The position numbers and the translations under genes are program-made. Positions 20,301 to 27,312 of a stretch of 64,000 nucleotides of DNA are shown in pieces. Below the pieces are notes generated by a model that saw nothing but the letters and a program-made list of their open reading frames with translations, did no database searches and was not told where the DNA came from. The stretch covers positions 799,234 to 863,233 of the forward strand of contig JBAZBD010000001.1 in assembly GCA_041671645.1 (NCBI GenBank), given 5' to 3'. Each line of letters starts with the position of its first letter. Position 1 is the stretch's first letter. Source of the stretch: Patescibacteria group bacterium (GTDB lineage: Bacteria; Patescibacteriota; UBA1384; XYA2-FULL-43-10; 1-14-0-10-43-13).

Positions 20301-23300
20301 TGGTTGACGGAGCAGCGAAGGTACCGTCAGTTTGGATAAAACTACCCACAGTAACTGCATTTGCGCCAGAAGTGAAAGTGCCAGAGGAAACCGTTAGATT
20401 GTTCGAGGCGACAAGAGCGTCAGAAAGCGTAATTGATCCTGTCCCGCCCTGGCTCAAAACAATTTTTTTGTATGCATAGCCAGTAAAGTCACCAAGAGAA
20501 TACGGCGCTAGTCCTGTGTTTATCGTTGCAGCAACAACATTGGTTGATCCATTTATTTTGGAAACTGAATTTGCGCTGGAATTAGTAACCCAGACAAAAC
20601 CGCTTGCATCCACCGCAACACCGCAAGGAGCGCTTCCAACTGTGACTGTCGCAGCTACAGCATTTGTGGCTGTATTTATCTTGGTTACAGTATTTGTACC
20701 TAAATTTGAGACCCAAACAAAGCCGTTGGCATCAGCCGCAACGCCAAATGCATTCGTCCCCGCAGAAACAGTCGCTACAACTGTGTTTGTTGTTGGATTG
20801 ATTTTCGAAACATCACTTGTGCCATAATTCGGAACCCAGACAAAACCATTCAGATCAACTGCGACACCAGCAGGCTGTGTACCGACCGTAATAGTTGCCA
20901 CAACTGTGTCAGTCGTAGCATTGATTTTTGAAACTGTATTGCTATTAAAGTTTGCAACCCAGACAAAACCACTTGAATCGGCGGCGATTCCATAAGCACG
21001 CGCACCGACGTTCACTGTTGCTGCAATTGCATTTGTTGTCGGATTTATCTTGTACGCTACATTGTTCGTACCGCTAGCTACCCAAACAAACCCATTAGAA
21101 TCTATGGCCACGCCATAGGGATCAGAACCAATCGTAATCGAAGCATCTACGCTATTAGTGGAAGCATTAATTTTTGTTAAAGTACCGTTTGATCTGTTGG
21201 TTTGCCAAATAAACCCAGAATTATCAACAGCCACGCCAAATTCGGCCGCTCCGATTGTATGTGTAGTCACTGCGTTTGAAGATGTATCAATTTTTGTCGT
21301 CGTGGTTGCGCCAGAATTTGCAATCCACGCATAAGGAGTTGAAATCGTACCGGCCTGACCAGCCACAGTAATATTGTAAAAATCGTTGCTATTGCTAGCG
21401 ACTGTAGCAGCTGCTGTACCGTTGAAGTTTACCGTTGAAGTCCCTTTGGTGAATGTGCCACCAGTATTATTCCAGCTTCCACCAATATTTATTGTGTAAT
21501 TTCCCGCACTTAGAGTTCCCTCAGCAAGATTCAACGCTCCATCATCATTCAAATCCGCGCCGAGAGTAACCGTATCCGTGTAGCCAGTATTGATAGAGAG
21601 AGATTTGATGTGAGCAGTGAAACCGCTATCGAGAGTTGACGCCTTGGTCGAGGTGGAGTCAAAGACGACATCGCAAGCAGCATCAGGTACAGTATCAAGA
21701 GTCCAGTTCTCAGCTGTACTCCAATTGTTCCCTGTACCGCCGCCATCCCAAACACAACCAGGCAAAACGTCCCAATTGGTCACATTCACACCCTTGGTCC
21801 AGTTGGTCGGGCTTATTGGATTGGCCGCGTTATTCTTCGAATTTGAGACTGAAACATAGTCGACAGTCCACTGATTATCCATGCTCGTGCTTGGAGTGAT
21901 TTCCCATTGTGCACCAGTACCGTTGCGTTGAAGTGTTAACAAATTATCAGCGATACCGGTAGCGGTCCACTGGCCAGTCACAGTCTGATTCGTGCCTGGA
22001 TTGAAGCTGATCGTCCGAGCAGTCGAAGTCGTCATTGTAAAATTGTAAAATTCAGTCGAGCCGCCAACGACTTGGGCCAAGCTCGCAGAATTGAGCTCTA
22101 CGGTACCGTAGTTGTTGCTGAAAGTACCTCCGTCCCGAATAAAATCACCACTAACTTTCATGGTGCCGTTTGGAGCTGAAAAAGTACCAGTGTCCTGAGC
22201 AAAGTGTTTTGTCTCTACGTTGTAGCCATAAGCATTGAATGTATTCGCGAGCGTAATATTCAGCGAATGCTCGACAAGTAAAGTGTCCTGAGTCACGACT
22301 GTACCGTTAGCAGAGTTTGCAGATAATTGGTAGAACTGGTTGCTGCCGCATTTAACATAGTATGTGTTGGCAGAGTTGATATTGTTGATCCATACCGCGC
22401 CGTCGTTATTCACAAACGTACCACCGCCAGACATGTCGAAGAGGAAGTCAGTGGCAACATCATTGGCGTCAAGTGTTAGGACCTGGGCAGGCGCGTTAAA
22501 TGTACCGCCATAGAGATAAAAATTGTAACTTTTAATTGTAACGGTGGCTGTGTTGCTGTTGAAGGTGCCCGAGATAATAGTAGTAGAATAACCGTTCAAG
22601 ACCAAGGTTGAAGAATTGGAATTAAAAGTGCCGCCGTTTAAGTATAGTCCGCCTACTGTCACAGTGCCTGTACCAGCATTGAAAACAGCACCAGACTCAA
22701 CATAGAAGCTGCCCATGTCGCTAGAAGTAAATGTGGCAGTGGCATTGATTGTACCGTAAATATATGCGCCAGAAGAACCAACACTTGCACCTGGGGTATA
22801 AACTTTTGAAGCCGGGATATGAAGAGAATAACTAGTCGAGAGTACATTGGAACCATCGACACTGAACAAGATTTTTCCATTCGCGTCAGAACAATTATCA
22901 GCAGTCGCAAGAATAGTATTGGTCATCGGGCCAGAGTCTTCATAGGTGAGAGAAACCAGGTAAGAGTAAAGCGACAAGCCCGTGATGTCGCTAGAGCCGG
23001 CCGCAACAGTCACAATATTACCAGCTGAATAATTGCCATCTTCGAAGAAAATTGTAATAACTGTTCCGGCGGTAACACCGCCGGCGACGAAATCAAAAGC
23101 GCCATTCCCATCGGTTGCCATTGTCTGTTTTGCACCACCATTAACCGAGGCAGAAACATTTTGCCCAGAGCCAACATTCCCCTGCCCAATTCCCTGATAT
23201 GCAGTACCCGAGATATGACTGCCGAGCCAGTTGGTATTATTACTACCAGATGCAGTTGAGTTGGTCGGTGCGATTGGTCGAGAATTTAGATTGTTTGAAT

Positions 23301-26300
23301 CAGAATAAGTAACACGATCGACTGTCCAAGGCGACATCCCACTGGTGTTCGCATTTATCTTCCATTGGCCCGAGCCTGCAGTGCCGTTGAGCTTCATGAC
23401 AATGTTATTCCCAGCCGCGCCCTGTATTGTGAGCGCTCCAGAAATAGTCTGGGTTGAGTCTGCTGCAAAAGATAATGTCTTGCCAGCAGTGGCACAAGTA
23501 AAGCTAGAAGGAGCGTTGTCGCCAGAGATCACCGATTCTTGAGCAGTATCAAATGTCACGACATAAGGCGAGAAAGTGCCGCCAGCCGTCGTAGTCAGAT
23601 TGCGTCCGATTGTAATATCGCTACCTGAGAAATAAGCGCCTGAGCTGATAGCCGCATCGCGCCCAACAACAACTGCATAAGACGGCGATAAATAGCCGTT
23701 CGTCACAGAAAAGTCATTCGATACCGTAAAGCCAGCACTATAACCTACTGTCCCATCACCAGTGTTTGCGTAAATATAATTATAGATAGGCGGAACGTTT
23801 GTAAACGTATATGGATTGTAACTGCTATTAGCAGGAATTGAGCCAATTTTGAAAGTACCATTGGCGTTATTGAAAGTACCGCCAGAGATATTCCAAGTAT
23901 AATCACTATAATATCCGTTTGAGTCAGTTGTAATAGTCAATGTGCCCGAAGTAGATGTAAATGTACCACCGCTCATCGCAAATGATGCGTTTAGCATAGT
24001 AATCGTAGCAGTGTCACCATTAAATGTAGCACCGGTGCTAACCGTAATTTGATAATTTGATAAGGTCAAATTTGAAGTGTTAGCATTGAAAGTACCGCCA
24101 GAGAAAGTAGGAGTAGCCAAGATGTGAGTACCGCTACCAGCATTGAACTCGCCGCCAGCCTGATAAAATGAGCTGGAAAGAGTGAGGTTATTGGCTTCCA
24201 TCTCAACAATGCCATCGTTATACATACCATAGGCGTTTACATTGCCGCCAGGAGTAAACATCGTATACTGAGTGACATAAAGATCATACATAGTACTGAG
24301 AGTCGAACCAGAGACCGAGAAATCAGAGAAACAGCCGCAGTCATCAGCAATCGCTAAATCTGCGTTTGTAATAGCCCCTGCGGTATAGTCACTGTAAAGA
24401 GTGGTCTTGTATCGATACATATTGAGACCAGTTTTGTCTATGGCGGATTCAGGCAAATAGACGATACTGCCGGAATTGTAGCTCGGATCATTATCAATAA
24501 AGATGGTGACTGGTTTGCCAGCAACAAGCTCGACCCCGCTAAAGGAAAAAGTACCACCGGAGCCAGTGACGCCCGACATCTTTCCGCCACCGTTTGAGGT
24601 AATGGAAATCGGGATATCAGCGCCCAAAACGCTGCCGCCGATACCATCGTAAATTGTGCCGGAAATCGTATTGCCGCCAGAATATGTAACTGTTAATTTT
24701 GGATCGAGTGCCGTACCATCATTTTCTGCAAAGTAGCCATAGAAGTAGACACTATCATAATCGGCATTTATGGTTGGCTGACTATCTGCAGCATCAGCAG
24801 TGATTCTAAGACCAAGCTTCGTAACACCAGATGTACTAATAGCTGCTAGACCGCTTGCATTCATCGCGAAATCGTTGTATCCCATATCGTTGTAACTGGC
24901 GTACGGAATCGCAGATGCAAATGCAGTTGTTCCGAAAGTGTCGTAATCCGATGCTTGAAGCGAAGTGTTGCTAGAAGGGTTCGAGGAATACAGACCCAAA
25001 CTCGAATTCCAACCCGAAGGGTCACCCATCTTGTATGCGCCATATACGGAAAAATTGGCAGCTGAGATAGTCGCGGTGTTTGGGATGCTAGAAGTATCAA
25101 AGAGAAACGCACTTCTTGAGACGTAAGCCCAAGCAGCGTTGTTGCCAGCGGCGATTGCGGCCATATCACCGCTTGTTCCGTCATCAGCAGCGCTATATCC
25201 GCCAGACCTTATGGAAGCCCAGTCCCAATTGCTCCTACTGCTGTAAGTGTACCCATCAACAGACGTGACTTCAGTATGAGTATTTGGATAATAAATAACA
25301 TCAGTATCAATCTTCATGTCAGACTTTGGCGCTGTCTCTTGCCAGACAAAGCTTGAATCCAAGCTGCCTTCGATCTTTTTGGCTTCGACTGCGACAACCT
25401 TGTCTTGGCCAGTCTCATCTTTGACGACTTCACCAGTTGAGGCATTTACATCAAAAGCTTCTGGCTTGTCTCTGAATTTGAGATCGTCTTTGACGACGAC
25501 AGTCTTGTTTTCTTTGGTCTCTGGGTCGGTGACGACAACACTTCCTTCTTTCCCGCCATCAGTCTTGGTCACATTCCACTGGAAATTCTTCGGCGCGTCT
25601 TCGCCCTTGATTGTCTTCCAGAGACGTACACCATACTCAGAGATGTCAAATTCAAATTTGAGGTTACCGTCATCGGTTGTGACCTGGCTATCCTCAGCCA
25701 AAATCTGTGGTGCAATCCATTTGGAAAGCGCGTTTCTGGTATCTTCGGCCATCTTCTGGTCAGGAGTGTTGATATCGGCCCAAGCCACTTTGCTGTCAGT
25801 TCCCTTTGATTTTGATAAAACTGGATTGCCATCGACGTCTTTCAGGGTCACCGTATATTTGTCGCCAGTTTGTCGAGACTCGATTTCATAGCCAATCTTG
25901 TCTTTGAAAACTTTGACAGTAGAGGGCATCTGGTCAAAAAGCACATATTCGGGCGTATCGATGGAATGATTTGGGTTGATATCCTTCCAGCTTGAGTCAG
26001 CCTTGGCATAATCTTCTTTGTAGTGGACAAGGCCGGTATAGGACTCTAGAGTCTTGGTGCCGTTCTTGTTGTCGATTGTCTTGGTAGTCTCTGTGCGATC
26101 AGCGACAATCTCATTTGGATTGGCCAAAATCTGGTCAGTGCCGTTGTTTGAAATAGTAGTATTCTTCTGGCCCTCTTCTTTGGCGATGACAAATGAATAT
26201 TCCTGGCTCCATGGCGACCAAGCGCCAACAGAGTCCTGATAGCGAACGCGAGAGTAGTAGGTTCCTTCGGTGAGTAGAGTTGTTAGCTTGATATTTGTCA

Positions 26301-27273
26301 GTTCGTCTTTGGGCTCTGTCTTTGTCTGATCGAAGATCGGAGAAGCATAATCGCCAGATTTGGTCGAAATCTGCCACTCTGAAGCGTTTTGCGTGTCATT
26401 GTCGATATCAAGATAAGAGCTAGCGCTTAGGGTCTGAGTATTTCTAAACAAGCTTTTGTCAGCAGTGAACGAGAGACCGGTTGGTGTATTTGGAAGTCTA
26501 GAGTAGAGCAAGGTCAAAGAGTGCAAAACAGGCGAAAGACTAGCGTCGCCAGTCGAAAGGGTCAAGCGTATGTAGAGAGTCTCGGAATCGGCCATCTCAA
26601 GGACATCGCTCGAAAACAAAATGTTGTCAGTAGAAAATTCCTTTTTGACAGCACCGCCGTTGAGTACTTCGCTGGCCTCGATCGAAAGCCAATCGACAAA
26701 CTCACCCTTGGCCGGGGTGTAGGCCAAAATCGCGTTGCCAGATTCCTGGTACTGATTTTGTGTAATATCTGAGTCTAACTTCGCACTTTGGGAAAGAGAG
26801 AGAGAATTGGGGTTATCGGCTGTCGAAAGTCCAGAAATAGTCCAACTCTGCCAAGCTTCCTGTGTGCCCCAAGCCACTTGTGAAGAGGCGAAAGTGCGAA
26901 TGACGCTGGTAGCAAAAACGGAGGTGAAGATAAGGGCCACGATGCCAGACATGTAGCCGGAGAGTGAAACCCAGTGAATTGCAGAAGCAAACGGGCTCAT
27001 GTGCCACTTGTAGTACCATCTGAATTTCATCCGAAGATTGTTGTGGAGGGTGGCGAAGACTGGAAAAGTAACCTTGGTCGAACGCTGGATCAAAATGATT
27101 TCACGTTCAAGCTGAGCTTCCTTCTTTTGGAGCTCTTTTTGCTTCTCCGCGACAATCACCTCTTCTTTGGTGAGACCTTCAATCGCTGCCTTGTCCTGAG
27201 GCAACAAAGTGTACTTCTCCAAAGGTGCTTTTTTGGAAAAATGACTGCGGAAAAATTTGCGTAGGCCCTTCAA
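7390..27273 (-). CDS. Giant membrane-anchored surface protein (6,627 aa), putative adhesin or attachment fibre
   Basis: Uninterrupted 19,884-nt ORF with AGGAGG 4 nt upstream of a TTG start. N-terminal K/E-rich segment plus a TM (IHWVSLSGYMSGIVALIFTSVFA). Modules recognised by pattern: FN3 arrays, 7 YVTN repeats, a DUF285/BspA LRR block, InlB-B-repeat-like modules, two G/T/N-rich beta-helix-like blocks, and C-terminal TMs with CarboxypepD_reg-like sandwiches. Confidence 0.9.
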   Translation of the reverse strand: MKGLRKFFRSHFSKKAPLEKYTLLPQDKAAIEGLTKEEVIVAEKQKELQKKEAQLEREIILIQRSTKVTFPVFATLHNNLRMKFRWYYKWHMSPFASAIHWVSLSGYMSGIVALIFTSVFATSVIRTFASSQVAWGTQEAWQSWTISGLSTADNPNSLSLSQSAKLDSDITQNQYQESGNAILAYTPAKGEFVDWLSIEASEVLNGGAVKKEFSTDNILFSSDVLEMADSETLYIRLTLSTGDASLSPVLHSLTLLYSRLPNTPTGLSFTADKSLFRNTQTLSASSYLDIDNDTQNASEWQISTKSGDYASPIFDQTKTEPKDELTNIKLTTLLTEGTYYSRVRYQDSVGAWSPWSQEYSFVIAKEEGQKNTTISNNGTDQILANPNEIVADRTETTKTIDNKNGTKTLESYTGLVHYKEDYAKADSSWKDINPNHSIDTPEYVLFDQMPSTVKVFKDKIGYEIESRQTGDKYTVTLKDVDGNPVLSKSKGTDSKVAWADINTPDQKMAEDTRNALSKWIAPQILAEDSQVTTDDGNLKFEFDISEYGVRLWKTIKGEDAPKNFQWNVTKTDGGKEGSVVVTDPETKENKTVVVKDDLKFRDKPEAFDVNASTGEVVKDETGQDKVVAVEAKKIEGSLDSSFVWQETAPKSDMKIDTDVIYYPNTHTEVTSVDGYTYSSRSNWDWASIRSGGYSAADDGTSGDMAAIAAGNNAAWAYVSRSAFLFDTSSIPNTATISAANFSVYGAYKMGDPSGWNSSLGLYSSNPSSNTSLQASDYDTFGTTAFASAIPYASYNDMGYNDFAMNASGLAAISTSGVTKLGLRITADAADSQPTINADYDSVYFYGYFAENDGTALDPKLTVTYSGGNTISGTIYDGIGGSVLGADIPISITSNGGGKMSGVTGSGGTFSFSGVELVAGKPVTIFIDNDPSYNSGSIVYLPESAIDKTGLNMYRYKTTLYSDYTAGAITNADLAIADDCGCFSDFSVSGSTLSTMYDLYVTQYTMFTPGGNVNAYGMYNDGIVEMEANNLTLSSSFYQAGGEFNAGSGTHILATPTFSGGTFNANTSNLTLSNYQITVSTGATFNGDTATITMLNASFAMSGGTFTSTSGTLTITTDSNGYYSDYTWNISGGTFNNANGTFKIGSIPANSSYNPYTFTNVPPIYNYIYANTGDGTVGYSAGFTVSNDFSVTNGYLSPSYAVVVGRDAAISSGAYFSGSDITIGRNLTTTAGGTFSPYVVTFDTAQESVISGDNAPSSFTCATAGKTLSFAADSTQTISGALTIQGAAGNNIVMKLNGTAGSGQWKINANTSGMSPWTVDRVTYSDSNNLNSRPIAPTNSTASGSNNTNWLGSHISGTAYQGIGQGNVGSGQNVSASVNGGAKQTMATDGNGAFDFVAGGVTAGTVITIFFEDGNYSAGNIVTVAAGSSDITGLSLYSYLVSLTYEDSGPMTNTILATADNCSDANGKILFSVDGSNVLSTSYSLHIPASKVYTPGASVGSSGAYIYGTINATATFTSSDMGSFYVESGAVFNAGTGTVTVGGLYLNGGTFNSNSSTLVLNGYSTTIISGTFNSNTATVTIKSYNFYLYGGTFNAPAQVLTLDANDVATDFLFDMSGGGTFVNNDGAVWINNINSANTYYVKCGSNQFYQLSANSANGTVVTQDTLLVEHSLNITLANTFNAYGYNVETKHFAQDTGTFSAPNGTMKVSGDFIRDGGTFSNNYGTVELNSASLAQVVGGSTEFYNFTMTTSTARTISFNPGTNQTVTGQWTATGIADNLLTLQRNGTGAQWEITPSTSMDNQWTVDYVSVSNSKNNAANPISPTNWTKGVNVTNWDVLPGCVWDGGGTGNNWSTAENWTLDTVPDAACDVVFDSTSTKASTLDSGFTAHIKSLSINTGYTDTVTLGADLNDDGALNLAEGTLSAGNYTINIGGSWNNTGGTFTKGTSTVNFNGTAAATVASNSNDFYNITVAGQAGTISTPYAWIANSGATTTTKIDTSSNAVTTHTIGAAEFGVAVDNSGFIWQTNRSNGTLTKINASTNSVDASITIGSDPYGVAIDSNGFVWVASGTNNVAYKINPTTNAIAATVNVGARAYGIAADSSGFVWVANFNSNTVSKINATTDTVVATITVGTQPAGVAVDLNGFVWVPNYGTSDVSKINPTTNTVVATVSAGTNAFGVAADANGFVWVSNLGTNTVTKINTATNAVAATVTVGSAPCGVAVDASGFVWVTNSSANSVSKINGSTNVVAATINTGLAPYSLGDFTGYAYKKIVLSQGGTGSITLSDALVASNNLTVSSGTFTSGANAVTVGSFIQTDGTFAAPSTTMSVANDFTHTAGTFTHNSGTVVFNGGDSSIQDISGDTTFSAVTIQPGATTTKTLKFEASKTQTIAGALTVSGASGRVISLNSSSDGSTWSIDPQSTRAISYASVKDSINANATAIYTDNSGSNVTSAGNNVNWFASAPPNAASTVAITSIDSTLFTVTWTDNSSDETGFKVFTAAGNADCSAASYSGTPDYTTAADATSQAITGKTINTQYCAKVIATNADGDSDPAFAAPKYTLANTPDAPTVTAYDWSAASGNNMAAVINVNSNPAGTEFALSCNATPDSWLQGDGTCGASKVWKTKVNWETGTVNYLKNLTSNTLYSVKALARNGDTTETSASSAGTATSAPAQPASLTHTANTASQISWDWADVAGASSYRLLKSSDDSDVGSPSASAYDQGSLSANTQYTNYVRAYNGVLGQASSTASAYSSIEAASGITFGTIATDSIQVSATGTFTNLSVGSSGLYITKSAGTGTGFASWNTNNNTLTNTGLSPNTQYSYTAQARNGDGETTAATDSISKYTLAAAPDAPTLAASSASVINIKLTDNSSTTYAIAVSADGGSTWNYVKHADGTNQASEDWQNYAAWGGASGFDNVSLSPNVQYTYKVKARNGDNTETAFSSTAAKYTLANVPSAPTVDATSSSSLTVKINQNSNPAGTNYAVYNDTLSKYVQADGSSDTSAVWQDYTTWGGASGVTNTGLTANTEYTYKVKAKNGDNVETALSSGTAQTTVDVAPTEPNTVAIGTLTTTGFTVTWTDASSNETGFKVYTAAGNADCSAASYSGTPDYTTAAGAISQAITSKSINTQYCAKVIATNAIGDSAPAYAAPKYTLAAAPDAPTLAASSASVINIKLTDNSSTTYAIAVSADGGSTWNYVKHADGTNQASEDWQNYAAWGGASGFDNVSLSPNVQYTYKVKARNGDNTETAFSSTAAKYTLANVPGTPTFGTVTSTTIPVLIAQNSNPSNTTYAIKVVYGATTKYVQANSTLGDSAVWQAYATWGSSKTVTGLTANTLYTFSVAATNGDSVATAYSATADQSTLAVYTLTYNSGANGSVIGSSPQTVDHGSSGSEVVATPAANYHFVKWSDNDSTNPVRTDTNVTANITTTASFAIDTHTLAYSAGANGSIVGTTPQTIDHGASGSEVTATPAANYHFVSWSDDVMTAARTDSNVAGDIAVTASFAIDTHTLTYSAGANGSIVGTTPQTVDHGSSGSEVTATPAANYHFVSWSDDVMTAARTDLNVADNISVTATFAINTYTLTYNAGSNGSVVGTSPQTVDYGANGSQVTATPAAGYYFVDWSDANTTAARTDTNVTVDITVTANFALQFLSRWDTSKTSSGSSTATQIHLPLESTGTYNFIVDWGDSSTSTITTWNQAETTHTYASGGIYDLKIGGTITGFRFNNAGDKLKLSQISQFGPLRLGNSDGYFSGTKNLKITATDVLNTTGTTTMKNSFRDSGIDTVPSMNSWDMSAVTDMYCMFESSSLFNQDISSWNTGAVTSMYAMFYNAFVFNQNIGSWNTTNVINMAYMFESAWAFNQNISSWNTGSVTTMREMFWNNSAFNQNISNWNTGAVTNMNQMFYSAAAFNQNLASWNVVNVTDMTNMFSSSALSNANYSNILIGWSAQAVKSNVTLGAATKKYTLGAAADGRAHLVSAHTWTITDGGPSAFVLTYSAGSGGSIVGITPQTVDYGANGSEVTATPAANYHFTSWSDGVLTAARTETNVITDKSVTASFAIDTHTLTYSAGANGSVVGSTPQTVNYGANGSQVTATPAANYHFVSWSDDVMTAARTDSNVAGDIAVTASFALDAPASATGVTITPTSSTTFNVTWTDNSSIETGYKVYTADGNADCSAASYSGTPDTTTSADAVSQAIASKSVNTQYCAKVVATNSGGDSAPAYAAPKYTLANVPTFTTVAGDYSDADLWHLDTTINASANPAGTNYYIQYSTNDGAGAGNFYDPNAMAWQTETTYLFKKDKDNVDLAANTQYWMKVKAKNGDNVETIYTSTSVADVTPPAAPTALNITNICTTKATTTWTAATGADSYTVSYGTDTAATNIGTLTTATTSKQITGLSNTTTYYWKASATSTANGTGPYAAPSSFETSNCGVESPDDFAGSAASTTQINWTWSDITSEETGYKVEDSAHTSLSGNLDAGSTSYNETPLSANTGYTRHVNVYNGGGSQDSNSDTVYTLAAVPGQPTVTTLSSSRIRITVDKNGNPNANTRYAIAVSADAGSTWNYVKNADGTTQVSEDWQLYADWGGDSGFANTGLTKNTNYIYKIKARNGDNVATDFGATNNTTTLDNFSVTISSDGSGSGSLDQVTQIVDAGADVTTTATAAASSDFVSWTGCDTVATNICYLTDVSADRSITAVFTIKTYTITINEAGTGTGDLDQVTQDVNYGANLTVVATADISSTFTGWSGDATGTGDASFTNITANKTITATFTIKTYTITINTTGTGMGDLDQATQTVNYGANLTVVATPAASSTFAGWSGDATGTGDASFTNITANKTITATFTIRSYTVTISKAGNGTGDLDQSTQVVTYGANLTVAATPAVSSDFTGWSGDAAGTGSAALTNITADKTITATFTLKTYTISSSAGSNGAISPLGDNLANYGTSPEYTITPSDGYYISNVVVDGSAISGTLPSSYTFTNVTATHSISVSFAANNTCVWDGQAADDNWSSADNWTANIIPSATCDVIFDATSTKDSTLDASFTSHIKSLSVNTGYSGTISANTTLNDDGDFTLNAGTFTANAQTLNIAGSLTMTADPTAVFNEGTSTINFNPTTTGKTITTNGQVLGNLIFNGVDAVIDPNVTLLNNNISLLANHTLTAGWTFQDNVSAQSLTANAGTLVDGGKSVNIAGDIIIANKVGVLASTGVWTQSSSGNIANPDMHNTFGSLVAAGSGITSTMTAGVSVGLGSGSAGAFTVGPGTLMGIGKAVIVYSRSNDSVTVNNLTADSRLGVLAIYPQIADMTQKAITLPSNFATTFSFQQDPTGILTATGNFNFGNSNVIVAKDRTTTPAGYVDMSTHNLTCKNLTIGSTSTNEYATIPGYLKLGSGTTNIAGSLSHGNASNIGNKLDLGSGTINVGGNWDTSNITVTPGTSTVDLTGTGTLQSKGYAAAPYDFYNLKLAHNGNTTNAISSVTTSNVLYTYAGGTLNGDNRYAFRMYKSDGDAVVNTGANFTASTFLVYRPSSDVTVAGQNFGQGSVAYSGVTNDVAITLSSDVTTTRDIYAYSITTGKRTTLNAVDNNLTARNLYLAYPVYGVGTANLGSGTHEFTNGIFRYTGSTDDTNVLNLESSSVSIGGNIDFTGMTVDPGTSTITLNGIGGQTVAGSNTFNNLSATASAARTISFASDTTQTVNGALSLNGTSAGNITLSRSGGTGTDQWKIDPKGSTSTSYLSVENSKNLSSAVIDPSNSINLGNTNKWFPPTGTISFSSARTNQIDQTLTLSSSTGTQMKVSNSPDFSGSEYETFSTSKSWTLAAPTVDGMKTVYLKVKDIDGDESPTASASIILDITAPSAPTNLTALSASASVSLSWVNPTDTDFANVAIFRSTEADFTPNIGTNKIAYTTLSSTATYIDSNVTSGVTYYYKVEAIDSVDNYSAASNQASGKPDSDKPTAPGKPTVSGKTNTIDNIEYYNQPAVTLTWPAATDTNSGILNYSIKICKTSGCANANDALSLSTLTSPSNSLTLDGASALADGTYYVRVAANDNLGNQFAWSEELTFILDTVLPSSLEKVEAFDISDRVNSDYRVMLRWKASTDTGSGLLGYTIVKNGNNIISESTSGVQVDASGYASYVDTVTPNTQFNYSVFSFDLAKNQTASMAAEFQTTTVVDCSGCVILPPDEPGEGTLEISDVKATPSELMSEKAQATITWKTTVPATTQVKYGASAPYPYTTEVDTGLNSFHTVVLSDLDFNKTYHFAVISKDKYGQTAESTDFTFATKDIFKEQSVLDTVISNLSGTAMKVRDIIGQMQIVGVNNSGQPVVFGIPTSTTTPASTAAVAGIAIISAAAAPLANAATLFSLPEYIRSLIFALASLGTKKSRRKWGRVLEVGTYIPIAQAKLTLFKLTQTFPGSFSKRPVANTYSDIEGNFSFVADPGKYEIEVTKDLYEVSEAPGFYKKGQIIEVKSEQEGLIVPNILLSMNDKSIAKRFSFIEKIGVVEKVLVYVSLGFLIFGTVSILNSLAHSHRDTVTLVSALLFPLLWYVNIKSFVKVSPWGNVLDSVNHSGVSLALVRIMDGEGKRLIRTAVTNEKGKFSTVLPKGKYKLLVAKAGYKPSDATHMDAQEKLQTVSRKIEIDRDK
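12320..13420 (-). repeat. In-frame tandem array of about 72-aa (216-bp) InlB-B-repeat-like modules
   Basis: Four 72-aa units (TIKTYTITIN...GWSGDATGTGDASFTNITANKTITATF) plus one longer variant. The units starting at 12757 and 12973 share about 90 nt with one mismatch at a 216-bp offset. Confidence 0.8.
15440..15925 (-). repeat. DUF285/BspA-type leucine-rich repeat block within the giant protein
   Basis: Six consecutive repeats of about 26 aa of the form FNQNISSWNTGxVTxMxxMFxxAxx. Confidence 0.75.
17488..17828 (-). repeat. Perfect 341-bp direct repeat, copy 1 (FN3 module)
   Basis: Base-for-base identical to 18412..18752 by manual comparison. The 924-bp offset equals 308 codons. Confidence 0.9.
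18412..18752 (-). repeat. Perfect 341-bp direct repeat, copy 2 (FN3 module)
   Basis: Identical to 17488..17828. Both encode KYTLAAAPDAPTLAASSASVINIKLTDNSSTTYAIAVSADGGSTWNYVKHADGTNQASEDWQNYAAWGGASGFDNVSLSPNVQYTYKVKARNGDNTETAFSSTAAKYTLANVP. Confidence 0.9.
20485..21336 (-). repeat. Seven YVTN-type beta-propeller repeats within the giant protein
   Basis: A repeat of about 42 aa, xVxKINxxTNxVxATIxVGxxPxGVAVDxxGFVWVxN, occurs seven times. Confidence 0.75.
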
Positions 27274-27312
27274 CTTCCCTCCTGCGACAACCAGTCTTAT
27301 TATTATGAGTAT

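Noticed and set aside
7390-27273. Dozens of 60-190-aa ORFs on the opposite strand or in other frames inside the giant gene, for example 11249..11830 (+), 15358..15900 (+), 25316..25891 (+) and 16824..17243 (-).
   Set aside because: They lie entirely within one continuous 19.9-kb ORF whose translation shows coherent domain repeats. Their own translations are low-complexity shadows of the repeat codons (S/P/L/T/V-rich), with no RBS or motifs.
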